64,000 nucleotides of DNA from Amoebidium appalachense (lineage: Eukaryota > Protista > Ichthyosporea). Shown piece by piece: positions 31,735-51,669 of the stretch. The position numbers and the translations under genes are program-made. Below the pieces are notes generated by a model. It was not told the origin of the DNA and did no database searches. It was given only the letters and a program-made list of their open reading frames with translations. The DNA lies in assembly GCA_963693365.1 (NCBI GenBank), contig CAVNZM010000013.1, forward strand, positions 5,942,640 through 6,006,639. Direction: 5' to 3'. Each line of letters opens with the position of its first letter. Positions within the stretch are counted from its first letter, which is position 1.

Positions 31735-31765
<31 letters not shown>

Positions 31766-32206
31766 TACTCCCTCCTCTGATTCCCCCAAGATTCGTCGCA
31801 GTACAGTCTTGAATAAAACATGTGTGTAATCGAAGAAGTTGGAGCCATCTGCATGGTTGGGTATGTGGTGAATGCAGAAGGTTGGAGGGCACACTATAGG
31901 GCGCTGCGATTTCCCTTCACTCTTCTATCTTTAGAGTTCGTTCTCGACAACATCTCCCCTCCCTTCCCCGGCACCACCCCCCCCTCCCCCCCCCTCCCCT
32001 CCCCTCCTTCGTGGGGCTTTGCTCGGAGACAGGGGGGGTTTGGGGGGAAGGGGCGGGTGGGGACGGAGGGGGGGGAGGGGAGGCGGGGGGTTTCACCGGG
32101 TCAGTGAGTAGAGTTTGTGGAATCTTGAAAATGTCTTGCGTGAGGGTGTTGTGTGTGGGTGTTGTGTGTGGGTGTGGGTGTGTGTGTGTGTTTGTGTGTG
32201 TGTGTT

Positions 32207-32299
<93 letters not shown>

Positions 32300-32323
32300 A
32301 TGTGTCTGTTGTTGTTGTCGTCG

Positions 32324-32358
<35 letters not shown>

Positions 32359-33443
32359 AAATGCCATGTGCGAGAGTGGAGGGGGGGGAGGGGGGGGGGG
32401 GGGCTACGTCAAAAGAGAAACAACACCAGGCAACGTGTGCTTGCTTGCCCGATTTTTAATTTCTGGCTCGGATTGATTTTGTTGTTACACACATGCACAC
32501 AGACCTCCGCACACTGGCTCTCACGCATGAAATACGCACATGCGTACACTGGGGCCCACTTCCATGCATACCCACGCATTCTTTCTCTGACTTGTGGCAC
32601 ACGCGCGCGAGATGATTTTTTTCCTTTTTGGTAAACCGTTGAATAAATTTTAAGCCCGTGGATAAACTAAAAACTTTAAATCTTTTATATACGTGTTCGT
32701 CTTAGACGTGCAGCCGGAGGTCACAAGGATCTTGTCCCCCCCCCCCTCCCCTCCCCCCCCCCTCCCCCCCCCCCCCCCCCCCCCCCCCCCGATCTTTTTT
32801 TCTCCCACCGTAGGAGCCCCTAGATGGGGGAGGGAGGGGGGAGGGGGGGGAGGGGGGGAGGAGGGGGAGGAGGAGGGGAGGGGGGAGAGGAGGATGAGCC
32901 TCAGGATTGATCACAGTATCGACAGCAGTAACTGAGGGCATTAATATGGGGCCCCTTGCTTGATCATGAGGAACGTTAACCATCATCATTGTGCATGGAT
33001 TAATTATAGATAGACACTTGAATTCAAACGATGTGCTTCATGCTTTTGTTCAGAGGTCCAGAAAGAGATGGAAAGGCTGGTTCACAGTCACTAGCTAGGA
33101 GTTGCAGGTTTGGCACAGCATCAATGACATTTTGGTTCTAGCATGCTGTTTAGCCTTGTCAAAAGTTGACTTGAACATCGTATCTAGTGTTTTGGTCTCC
33201 AGGACTCCGGGTTTTATTACAATCGCAATAGCATACATGTAAAACTTGCTGCTGTATACAAGTAACTGAGTTCGAAATCATTGGCTCTCGGTTGAGAGCT
33301 GGCATGGACACACCGTGCCCCACAATATCTGCGCACCATATACATGGGTGCTCTGTACATGTTAGCTGTAGGTTGTCTGGCTCATTCGCGCATTGTAATT
33401 AATGTTCTCTCGCAAAACTCTTTGCACATGTGGTAGGTCTCAT

Positions 33444-33822
33444 TTAGGCAATGGCAATGGAGAAGTCGTTGAGGCGGGCACTGGATGCGGCGACGTGACC
33501 ATACCGTGAGGTGTAGACCTTGTAGCCTGCAAACCCGGCCACAGTCCCGAGCACCACCACGCCACCGGCCACGCCCAGGCCGATAGCCAGACGGGCAGGC
33601 CTGGCAGCGGAGTTGGCCTGGGCGCTTGCACCGCTGGCGAAAGGGGGTGGCTGCGGGGGCCTCGGGATTGGGGTACGCGTCAGAGTCTGCGGGCAAGGGG
33701 GCAACGTTGGTCATGGCCGGAGCATCGCCCTCGAAGAGCAGCAAATCGTATTCGTTGGCCGATGGAACAGCAGAGCACACGGCAAGCGCGGCGGAGAAGA
33801 GGGTGGCAACGGCGCTCTTCAT
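33444..33822 (-). CDS. Small type I membrane protein (signal peptide plus C-terminal TM), about 125 aa, interrupted by a +1 frameshift near 33640
   Basis: Frame 0 reads MKSAVATLFSAALAVCSA|VPSANEYD...EAPAATPF. Frame +1 continues FASGASAQANSAARPARLAIGLGVAGGVVVLGTVAGFAGYKVYTSRYGH...FSIAIA*, a typical TM helix followed by Y/K/R. A TATA box lies upstream. Confidence 0.75.
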
Positions 33823-33934
33823 TTTGGATAAGATAGGCTAGACTAACTAAACACAGACTACTGCGGGGCTCCGTTTGCAATTGGGATTGTTTGAGTTGCC
33901 GCAAGTTGAAGGCAGACGGTTGCAGGCTGAGGTT

Positions 33935-33962
33935 TATTTATAAAAGACACAGCCCGCCAATC
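33935..33962 (-). promoter_or_regulatory. Putative TATA box and CCAAT element for the 33.8-kb gene
   Basis: TATTTATA at 33935-33942 reads TATAAATA on the minus strand, about 110 nt upstream of the ATG. CCAATC lies at 33957 and again near 34003. Confidence 0.5.
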
Positions 33963-35069
33963 AGATGGCTGTTATGGTGGATACATGGCTGGTGCGCAGT
34001 GAACCAATCGGAGAATTTATGAGTGAGCCGTACTTGGAGCCACTAAGAGCGCGGCAAATAGATGTAAATAATGGGTAAACCAATTATTCCTCCATTCCTT
34101 CCTGTTATTTCACTACTCTTCAGCATGTCAAGCTCAAAATTGTTCCTTGCGCTTTAAACATTCGTTTACTATTAATATTAAATTCAATGATTTAAAATAG
34201 GCAATACAAAATATACAGCAGACCTTCCTCACGGCACCAATACCATCAATGTTGACAAACATTCATCACCTCTGCTGTGTACACAGATCTATTTGCCGCC
34301 CTCAGCGATGGCTCACTGTGTGCGGACTGTTGCCCAGGGTTCGAATTATGAGCAGTCATAATCTTGCGTGCGGCACGCCGGCTACGTGCACGCCCCGGGG
34401 TGGGCGGTGGCCACGAGGGCGGAGCACCTGTGTGTAATTACCCCCTGTATTCATTAATGAGCGATGCCTGTGGGCCTTTGCATGGCGTCGCCCAATCCGT
34501 GTGTGGGAGCCTAATGCCCCCCCTATGCCCGCCCCTGCACACAGCCTGTTTACTATGTACATGTTTATATGTCGATGCCCTCACTCCGAATATTAATTCG
34601 AACGAATATATCCCAGTTCTTCTCTTCGACATAATCGTTACAGTACATACATGCCATCATGTAGGCCCCCGTATGCTTCGGTCAACGGTTGTACGTGTTG
34701 CATAGAAATCACCTGGTCCAGTTGCTCTTGCACGACTGCATGCCGTTAATGGGTTTCAGTGACAGTATGTCGAACGGTGCTCGCAACGTTAACGGCGGCG
34801 CGGCCGGAGTGCCTTGATGTGTGCACAGGCTATGGGTGCTTTTGTTGTGTTTGCGTGCGTGTATTAAACACGGTGAAATGCAATGCTTCGGCGTTTACTA
34901 GGTGCTTGACTTCGTGTGACGTGATGCATATTATCATACGGTCACCGTGTTCTAGTGTGCGTGTGTGCGCGTGTGTGCACGGTGTGCGCGGGTGTTCGTG
35001 TAAGAGTGTGAATATTGTGCGTGTGTGTGCCTGTGAGTATGTATGTTTGTGTGTGTGTGTTTGTGTGCA

Positions 35070-35141
<72 letters not shown>

Positions 35142-35142
35142 A

Positions 35143-35195
<53 letters not shown>

Positions 35196-35276
35196 TGGGT
35201 GTGTGTGTGTGGGTGTGTGGGTGGGTGGGTGGGGGTGGGTGGGTGGGTGGGTGGGTGGGTGGGTGTAGGTGGATGG

Positions 35277-35308
<32 letters not shown>

Positions 35309-35547
35309 GTGTGCGTGTCGGTGTAGCGATGTCTGTATGTATGTGTACACACGTGTGTAATTTCGTGCTGTTTGTGTCCGTGTATACATGTGTGTGTATG
35401 TGTATGTGCGTGTGCGTGCGTTGTGTGTGTTTGTGTGTGTTTGTGTGTGTGTGCGTGGTGTGTGTGTATGTGTGTTTTTTTGTAAATTTGTGCGTGTGTG
35501 TGTGTCATGGCGTGTGGGTGTGGGTGCTTCCCTCTGTCGCAATGTTC

Positions 35548-35639
<92 letters not shown>

Positions 35640-36643
35640 ACGTGTACCACATGCTACTCGTGTACGGTGTGCATACGCGTGTGCGCATGCCTGTGTGCGT
35701 TTTTGTTTCACAGTGTGTCTGCATGTGTCTCATGGTGTGTCTCTCTGTGTGTGTGCGTGCAGCTGTGCAAACACCGGCTATTGGTATATATCATCGCATA
35801 CGTACAGAACAACATACTCCTAGGTAGTAGCCACTGATCCCAACAACCATCCCCCATACCAAACCCATACCCACTGGAAGTACCACCACAAATGTGGCAA
35901 GCAGCTTGCTCCACTCAGTACCACACCACCAACTTTTCGCATCGTGGATATACCAATGAGAAACTGTATTTTCTGAGTAGAGGTGCTGAGTGGCGGGAGG
36001 CTTAGTGCTCCCCGTGCACTAGCGAGGCTTGGGCAAACACCCTGGGCTAAGCGTGTACTACTAGTAAGGAATGGTAATGATGTGTTAGCTTAGCTGAATG
36101 CAAATGATTAGCAACTTATAATGATCACCGATGGCACACAAAGACACCGGTGCGAATAAGGCATTAATAAAAAGGTTTCCGGCAACAGAAACGCAATAAT
36201 GAACTAGGGTGCAGCCGAAAAGTGAAAGTCCGTAGGTCATGAAAATGGACCCGAAGGGGTTTGAATTTATTCCGGAGGCAAATTGGGGTAAAACAAAACA
36301 AAACTCTGTCTGTGTGTGCGTGCATACGTGCATGCGTGCATGTGTGCGTGCGCGCGTGTGTGCGTGCGTTTGTGCGCGCGCGTGTGCGTGCGTGCGGCGC
36401 GCGCATGTGCGTGCGTGCGTGCGTGCGTGTGTGCGTGTGTGCGTACGTGCGTGGGTGTGCGTGTGCATGCATGCGTGCATGCGTGCGTGCATGCGTGTGT
36501 GTGCCTGTCCTTGTGTGTGTGTGTGCGCACGTGCACCCATTTCTGTGAGTACGACGGTGCCACGTGATATACATGAGAGAGTGTGTGTTTATGTGTGTGT
36601 GCACGTGTGTGTATGTGTGTGTCCGTACGCGCGCGTGTGCGTT

Positions 36644-36687
<44 letters not shown>

Positions 36688-36757
36688 CATGCGCGTGTGC
36701 ATGTGTGCGTGTGCGTGTTTATGTATGTGTGTGTGTGGTGTGTGTGTGTGTGTGTGT

Positions 36758-36795
<38 letters not shown>

Positions 36796-37821
36796 CCTGA
36801 CAGACTGAGATTTGTGTGTACGTGTGCTTCAAGTAGTATCCTTTTGCCTTATTAAACTTCTTCGAATTCTACACCCCTGTTCTTAGAAGCATACACTTAT
36901 TTGAGGTTAACAATTTCCACTTTGCCATTTTAATAGTGTATGTTCATGCAGATGTGTGGGCCTCACCCGTGACTATGCATGCGGCGTGTCCATGTGCAAA
37001 TCTAATCAGTGCATGGCATGTATTTCGCTTAGTGAGAACCACATCCCATGCCAGTATATGTATGCCATTTTGGCCACTCCTCACTGGTTTCAAGGATTGG
37101 GACCTGTGCAGGCAGTGTTTTACTTCGCCACACACCATCTTGTGAATGTGAATGTGAAACTGCAGGGCTTGGATGCATATGTATCGTTATGTATCTAAGG
37201 TTTAACCAAGACCGTCCGTACGACGGAGGCCCCTAGGTATAGGGAGATCGCTCACAGAAGCCCCTAACAAACACATGCTTTAATAATGATCACCAGAATA
37301 AGAACACAAACCCAAATACCATAACCCTACGTGTGTGTGGGCCCTAAATAGGGGGGCTGCAGTCCCCTCAACGCCGGGCGCTATACGGGCAAGTTATGGC
37401 AGCTTTATTTTGCTCGGGGATTGAACAGTTTCCCCCTGAGTTTGCGTCATGGGATTGCGTTTTGTCCGGTCAGGTGCAAGTGCCGGGGTCCGTTGTAGGA
37501 GCCAAAGGGGTTTAACCCTTTGTGGGGTGGACATGTGCACTCTTGTGCCACACCCTGGTCGCAGTGTGTGCAGCCATCTCCCAGTGGCTGCCACTGAGCA
37601 CACCGTGTGGGCCCATGTCTGTAGAGTGTTGGTTGGGCCATTGCCATCTCCACCACCAGTCCACCAAGAAACATAGGAATCACATATCCCCCCCATCCCC
37701 CCCCCCCCCCCCCCCCCACCCCCCCTTGCACCCGCACCAGACACTACATAAATACCTCAATGCTTCATCTAGTAATAATATTGTTAGCGTGGCACTACCT
37801 TCCTTCAAAAAAGGGTTTTAG

Positions 37822-37852
<31 letters not shown>

Positions 37853-38068
37853 TTCCAACCCCCCCCCCCCCCCCCCTTCCCCTCCCCCCTCCCCTCCCCC
37901 CCCTCACCCCCCCACCCCCCTTCCACCCCCCACCCACCCACCTGCTAGTACTCCCACGGCCGGCCAACGAACTTCAAAAAAAAAAAAACATTAAGGAAAA
38001 AAAGGAGGTGAAAATTTAAAGGAGTTTGCACCATCTACCAGGTCCACAAACCACCGCAGAAATCCCAT

Positions 38069-38099
<31 letters not shown>

Positions 38100-38480
38100 C
38101 TCCCACTCCCACCCCCATCCCTCCAACCGTATAAAATCAGTGACACCCGGGGCTAAGGCTTCATGCAGGCCTGAGTGTCCCCCCCCCCCCCCCCCCCCCC
38201 CCTCTCACACACACACACACCCCACCACCACCAATCTGCCTGCATGCTCATGGCCGGACAGTGGACACCCACTCATCTCATGTGCCTGGGCCCTTCCCTC
38301 ACTCAGTCACGGCTAGGCCGTTGGTGCCAGCCCACAGCCTCTGTCGGTCAGACTACCCCCAGAGCCAAACCACACCAGCCCATCCAGCCTTGCCAGCTGC
38401 TCCATCTGGGACTAATAAATGTGACCCACTGCCCACCACCTGGGTGACCACCAACCCGTTTATGCCCATGTCACACATAG

Positions 38481-38925
38481 TGCCAGTGCTCACTTGGTGT
38501 GCCGTTGCAGTGCTGGGCCACGGTGCATGTGCAGGCAGGGTGCCCGACGGGTCTGCCAGTGCTCACTTGGTGTGCCGTTGCAGTGCTGGGCCACGGTGCA
38601 TGTGCAGGCAGGGTATGCCCGACGGGTCTGCCAGTGCTCACTTGGTGTGCCGTTGCAGTGCTTGGCCACGGTATGCATGTGCACAGTGCAGGCAAGGCCC
38701 TGTGGGTCTGCCAGTGCCCACCTACAATGGCACCGTCGCAGTGCCGGGGCCGTGCGTTTGCAGGCAGGGGGGTGCCCTGTGGGCCTGCCAGTGCTCACTC
38801 ACAATGGCACCGTGGCAGTGCTGGGCCGGTGCATGTGCAGGCAGGGTGCCCTGTGGGTCTGCCAGTGCTCACTCACAATGGCACCGTGGTGGTGCTGGGC
38901 CACGTGCACGGTGCATGTACAGGCT
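38481..38925. repeat. GC-rich minisatellite of 73-80 bp, 6 copies in two subtypes
   Basis: Units start TGCCAGTGC at 38481, 38554, 38629, 38709, 38786 and 38860. The first three carry CACTTGGTGTGCCGT and the last three carry ACAATGGCACCGT. Confidence 0.9.
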
Positions 38926-39265
38926 GGAGGGTGCTAGGTGGGCCTGGGAAGATAGGTGGTCATGATGCCGAGGGGGGTTCCGAGGCCTCCAGGATTGCTG
39001 TATGGCTGGCCAATCAATATGCGGGTGCACACATGATGTGGTGGGATGTGTGCACCTTCGGGATACCTACGTGATATGTGCATGCACTGGGTGCTGGCAT
39101 GTGCTCTCATTTATATTAAACCCATGAAAACTTGGGTTGGCTCTACCTACTGAACACATGGGGCCCAATGGATATGCACAATGCAGTGCAGCTGCCTACT
39201 GCAACCGAGCACTGGCAAGAAGCAGGTGGGTGGGAGGAAAAGAAAAAGATTTGAAAAGATTTTTT

Positions 39266-39317
<52 letters not shown>

Positions 39318-39668
39318 GGGGATGGTGTGGTGCCCCCTCCCTCCCCCCCTCCCTCCCTACTCTCCCCCCGCCCCCCACCCCTTCTTTTTTTTTTTTCATC
39401 CTTCACAATCATCCAACGTTCACCTTTTGATACTTCCTTATTCCCTGCCCACCCTCTTTCACAGCCTCACGTCCCTAACCATGGATCAGTACCGACTGCA
39501 GCCCACGCGGCACACCCACTTGCTATGGCTATGGTGCATGACCGTGGCCGGCAAAACTTCTATTTATAAACGGCCCTCATCCCCTGCCGATCTCTTCCTT
39601 TTTATAATACATGCCCATGGCCAACCGCCGCCTCCAGCCGGCCGTTCAGTTTGCTGCCATGCCCAGCA

Positions 39669-39702
<34 letters not shown>

Positions 39703-40761
39703 ACCACAAAGCAGCCTACATGATAGAAGTCACACCCTCCGAGCGTCGAACCTTCAACCAGTATCCTTCCACCGTGTATTTAATCTCTCCCCCCCCCCCC
39801 CCCCCCTCTCCTACAAACACGCCTACTCACAAGGCACACACACACACTGCAGCAGCCTAACTTGTATCAATACACCCACACCCAAGTCCTCTGTCCCCTA
39901 GCTACACCCATCATCCTCCAGGCAGAGAGGCAGGATGTAGGTTGCCATACAATGACGTGTGCAACCAGACAGGCCAACCACAACATCATGCATGCATAGA
40001 CACCCCCCCCCCCATCCCTCCCCCAGCCCGTACAAACACACACATTAATGCCACCCTTACACCCACACATGCAGCACAACACCACACAAAATTTAAGACA
40101 CAGTCAGCCACCAAGCTACAGTTACAATGCCAACACCTTCCCAGCAACCATACCATCCCCATAATCGACACACCGTGCCCACCACACTATCTACTAGACA
40201 GAGCACATTAGACGTACACACTCCACCACACACACAGGTCAAACACCCAACAACTGCTCCCACCACAAACACACACAAAGCACATCGGACGAACACCTCC
40301 CATCACGAACACACACACACACATACACACACACACACACACACACAAACACACACACCTACCCATCCACCCACACTCACCCACCCACACATCCCCACCC
40401 ATCCACCCACCCACACCCACACACACACCCACCCACCCACCCACCCACACCCACACCCACCCACACCCACCCACACACCCCCCCACCCACCCACCCACCC
40501 ACCCACTCACACCCACCCATCCACCCACCCACCCACACACCCCTTGCCACAGCACCACAACCACACCACATTTGGCACTGTGCCCAGGGCATATAGGTGC
40601 ATACGATGTTTATTGTGTTCATGCCATGACATTCGCAGAATGAGATGTGTGTGCTGTCCGCCTTGAAGTGTAGGGGTGTATAACCAGCTTGTCCATGGGG
40701 TGTGTGTGACCACCTCGCATATGGGGTGTGTGTGATCACCTTGTCCGTGGGGTGTGTGTGA

Positions 40762-42543
40762 TCACTTAGTCCAGCTGACCTTTGGTATGTCGTAGTGTTC
40801 ACTGATGCTGTCCAGATACTTGTTGAGTGACTGCACCCCCACCACAGTCAGCAACTCCCCAGCCACCCAGCCACACCCCTTGGGTGCCCACCCTGTCTGC
40901 AGGATGCAATCCCCCCCCCCCCCCCCCCCCCGGCCCTCCCCCTCCCCCTCCCCCCCCCCCCCCCTCTCCCCCCCCCCGCTGCCTGACCCATGCATGACCC
41001 AGTCAACGATGGCCCAGTGAGCAACACACAACTGATCGATCTTCTCCACTGTCGCTAAAACAGTAATTTACTATCCCCCCCCCCCCTTCCCCCCTCCCCC
41101 CCCCTCCCACCGCCCCTCCCCCCCTCCCCCCTCCCCCCGCCCCCCAACACTCCCTCCGCCGTCCTCCTCTACCACAGCAGTTTCCCTACAGGTGCCCACG
41201 CATGGGCAAAACCCATGCAACACGTCCGTGCTTGTATGTGTGTGTGTGTGTGTGTGCTCAGGCTTATGCCCTAAAGAGTCGTGTGCGTTTATGTGCTTGG
41301 GTCTATTAGTAAGCCAGGCAATATGTCATGTGCTTGTGTGTGTGCTGGCATACCTATGGCCAACTGCGTGTGTGCAAGTACGTAAGCCTGTGTGAAATTG
41401 TAGCCCCGTGCCCTGTAGGTGCGCAGGCACAGGCAAGCCCCTCCCCCCCCCCCCCCCCCCCTCCCCCCTCCCCGCCACCCCACCCAACCCTAACCTCCCC
41501 CCCCCCCCCCCCTGCCTCCCCATTGCATACCTCGACCTTCTCCTTGTGTGTGAGGGTGGCCTTCTTCTTAATCCGATCGAGCTCCTGCCCCCATCCACCC
41601 AGTCAGTCAACCCCCACACACTCACAGCCATACAGACCCCATCCAGTCGTTTCAATCCCAACATCTTCCTGCCACACGAATGGCTGCCCACATCAGTCAA
41701 CAACATGCCACTAAGCTCGCACAAACACATACCTACACGGCTACAGCTTGTTCAAGTCCACACAGGGCCTCCCTCCCCCCCCCACTCCCCCCCCCCACAC
41801 ACTTCTACATCCGCCTCCCTTCTCCACTTTCCACACGTTCACGATTGAAACCCAAAAACTTAAACAAGTATAGGGGGGCGCACCACATGAAAATGATAAT
41901 GTGCACGCACAAACTTCTAGAATGACACTAACTAATCGCAACATACAACATAACCTTACTTAACACCCACCGACCCACACCCACACACCCATCCACCCAC
42001 CCGCCCATCCCTTCACACACGCACACACGCAAAACATGGAAAACAACGTCCTGTGCAATTGGCAATAGACATCCGGCCTACCTGTCAGCATGCTGGCACG
42101 GCTGAATGCACACGCCACACAAACAGCACGTAGGAACATAGGATACACAATGGAGACGCGCACACACCCGTGCACACACACAATCAGAAGTGAGCAGCAT
42201 GTTCCCAAAAGCAAGCGACACATACTCGTGCACGAGGCTAACATGCACACGTGCGTAAAGACAGGCACTCACCCTCTGGCGTTGTGCCTCAAGGAACTTT
42301 CGCTGAGCTTCAGTCTTTCCCTTTGTTTCCGCCACAGCGTCCACAATCACCTCTGGGGGTGCCTTTTCCAGCGCGCGTTCCTTGTCCTTCTTCTTCTTCC
42401 TGCACACCCACTCAGCACACGCAATGACACACACAGCCCACCAACAAACAAACAGCAACTTACTTGTGCACCTTGCCCGCGCCGGGCAGTCCACCCTTGA
42501 GCTTGAGCGGGTTCTTGGCTACGTTCTCGTATGCGTCCGCCAT
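40762..42543 (-). CDS. FAM32A: FAM32A family protein (spliceosome-associated), 4 exons, 109 aa
   Basis: Exons 42543-42464, 42399-42273, 41584-41531 and 40830-40762: MADAYENVAKNPLKLKGG...KKKKKDKE...KTEAQRKFLEAQRQR-ELDRIKKKATLTHKEKVE-SLNKYLDSISEHYDIPKVSWTK*. The C-terminus EHYDIPKVSWTK is diagnostic. Confidence 0.95.
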
Positions 42544-42588
42544 GCTGACGTGCCCAGCCTGCCTGCCAGCCTGCCTGCCTGACGTCGA

Positions 42589-42620
<32 letters not shown>

Positions 42621-43301
42621 GTCTGTCTGCGGGGTTTGCAGCTGCCGGCCCGCTGGTGTCTGTCTTTAACGACTATGTAGCGGATTCTCGATCGTGACGT
42701 AATTATTTATCCATGTCCGGACTTTCCTAAAACGAACATTTGATATATGGCAATTACCAATCAGTGCGCTCAGTTTTATCGGATTCGGCTGCCCATGTGC
42801 GAGATCCGGTGACGTCATTTTGAAATTCGTGACATCATAATGACATCACGTTTTTATAAATTACGTCATAACTACGTCATAATCGAGAAACCCTGACATA
42901 GACCTTAAATTTACCTAGTGATAGCGCAAACAATCCCGACTGCCTACGTCACCACTGCCACACTCAGTGAGCCGCTTTGCTCATATAATTGAAACTTTCA
43001 GTTCGCGCATTTTTTTCCTTCTTTTTTTCCCCTGCGTTGACCACCATCGCCAAAAGTGGCAGCCCAAGCCTCACCCAGCGGTGCTCCGTAGGTGCTTCAC
43101 ACACACTTATAGTCGGACAAGCAGGCACACACGACGCAGGTAGGAGCAGGCAGGCAGCCAGAGGGAAGCAAGCAGGCAGGCCCAAGGCAGGGACACGCAG
43201 AGCACTCATAGACAGGGGCACACAGGCAGGGTCACGCACGCTCCAAAGGAGCAAGGCACGCACGCGAGCACTTAGGCCGTCCAGCACGCACCACCAAAAC
43301 C
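42544..43301. promoter_or_regulatory. Bidirectional promoter region between FAM32A and CSN2
   Basis: 758 bp separate the divergent ATGs. TGACGTCA at 42810, CRE-like variants at 42695, 42830, 42841, 42861, 42872 and 42944, and CCAATCA at 42757. Confidence 0.7.
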
Positions 43302-49483
<6,182 letters not shown>

Positions 49484-50018
49484 GCACTGGCTGGCTCAGT
49501 GCGGTACAGTGTGCGTGCACGTGTGTGCACATAGTTCAATTTATGGTCATCCCGATGTACAAATGTGGATAGAGGGAGCTTCGGACAGCAAACATAGCGA
49601 AAATCTGACACAAAGATTGATGCGTATACGTGAAGCAGTACAGTATACATGTGATGTGTTTGTTGGTGTGTCACGGTGCGGCGTGTGCTCGTGTTGGTAA
49701 ACAGTAAACACGAGACATGTGTACGACGGATCCGGAGTGATTTGTCACGATTTTCGAGGTGTGTTCTGATTTATGTGCCTGTGCTGTCTAACAGTGGGCT
49801 CAATGAATTATGTTGCAATATAGTACTGGGATAATTCGTGGGATGATGTCTGTGGTGGGTTACGATCTGACTGAGGGGTGCACCGGTGTCCAAGTTGGAC
49901 GAAGGCGCGGTCACATGATGCATATGTGCAGGTCGCTGTAAATGTGTGGGTACGTGGCACTGCTTGGCCTGATGCAGTCACGTGATAGTGTGTGTGTGTG
50001 TGTCACGGCGTGTGTGTA

Positions 50019-50056
<38 letters not shown>

Positions 50057-50338
50057 GGGGAGGGGGAGGGGAAGGGGAACCGGGTTCGGGGAATTTCTTT
50101 TTCGGAAGTCTCAGGATTGTAGTGCAGCACCCCGTAAATACAATGATTAATTTGCTGGGATTGTGACGAGTGCATCACATAAGCATGGGCGGGCTTCCCG
50201 TGCAATAGTACTGTTTATCACACTATTGCAATTGTATTTATTATTACTTACGTACATACATGGATATTTGTGCACAGAACATGCGCATGCATGCAGGTGG
50301 CAGGATTCAGCAGTATTGTAAAGTGTGTTCACCTGGCA

Positions 50339-50522
50339 CCTGGGGGGATTTAGTATGGATGTGAGTCATCAGAACTGAACACTTCGACCTTGCCAAGTCA
50401 CAAGTTGCCTGGCAACTTGTGACTTGGCAAGGTCGAACTGGCAACTTATGACTTGGCAAGGTCAAAGTGGAATTCAGTTCTGATGACTCACATTTGGCAA
50501 CATACATACTAAATCCCCCAGG
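50339..50522. mobile_element. Palindromic MITE-like element
   Basis: Terminal inverted repeats CCTGGGGG(G)ATTTAGTATG / CATACTAAATCCCCCAGG. Inner inverted pair ATGTGAGTCATCAGAACTGAA / TTCAGTTCTGATGACTCACAT. Perfect palindrome with 27-bp arms at 50383-50437. No target-site duplication recognised. Confidence 0.75.
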
Positions 50523-51145
50523 GTCTAAGGGGGGTTCTAAGACCCAGCCTTACGTCTTAGAACATTTAAGAACCATCAGCAACACCTTATCTTATGTAAA
50601 TGTTTAAATATCAAACCATAAATCTTCTTTACAAAATACTTTTTAGTAGTTTTTAATAGATCAGAAATGGAAACCACTCTTTCTGCTGAACGAACGACTG
50701 AGTTCCGGTCAATCCGGTGCAATTCTCCGAAAAATCGGTGATATCTCGATGGCTGCTATTTGCTGAGCATATCAATAAAGTCATTAAAAAAAAAATATGC
50801 GAACAATTGTTTTGGGCCCCTCGTGAGGGCGGGAGTGGATGGAGAATGCGACATAGAATTACTCGATATGATTGGATAGTGGCACTTGCACAGCGGGCCA
50901 TTGGTTCATTTTTAGTCAAACACAATACGACTGCGAGGTGATGAGGGCTCTGGGGGGACCCACAAAAATCACATAACCGTATCATAAAACATGTTGACAG
51001 CTTCATTTTAGATGCTTTTAATATTTTTTATTCCTGATAAAGTGACAAGTTTCACCCACTTGCGTCTTTTTAATACTCTGTCGTACATCTTTGGCATTGT
51101 TGTTGTCACTGGCTTTTTCGCTTTGGAATGTTGATCGACTAAACC

Positions 51146-51189
51146 GACCAATGGCGTGGGAGCAAGCCTAATCCCCACATATAAAGACC
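51146..51189 (+). promoter_or_regulatory. Putative CCAAT element and TATA box (TATAAAGACC) of paralog 2
   Basis: GACCAAT at 51146 and TATAAAGACC near 51178-51189, the same decamer found upstream of paralog 1. Confidence 0.45.
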
Positions 51190-51669
51190 GTTGTGTTGGC
51201 TCGCAAGCGGTCTTATTTTTTTTTTGGCATCCGATTTCTGTTCGCTCACTGGAGGTGTCCGCTGTCGCCTTCATGATTCTAGTTGGTGGCCCTGCGCACA
51301 GTGACTCTATCGTGTTGTTATAGTCGGAAAGCGGTAGCACATATAGTTGTAATTGCAAGAGTACGCGCATATGGGGGCACAGAGACAACGATCGATATCC
51401 ACACATTTCACCAAGTAACGGGCGAGGCATTTAATGGTTGTTTACGTGTGCTTTTGGTCTTGATTTGGGGTTCCAATCTACATCCTTTCACGTCAAATCC
51501 ACGACAACTCCCGAGCCTAGCCCCACACCCATCCCACACACACACACACACACACAAACGACCCCATACACACGCGTACCCACACGCATACAAGCACACA
51601 CAAACATACAAGTGTGTTACACACGCGCACGCACGCACACAAACACACACCTGCGCCCCACATTCGAAC

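Noticed and set aside
38261-39074. Cys-rich ORFs of 147-234 aa
   Set aside because: They are translations of a minisatellite whose unit lengths are mostly not multiples of three.
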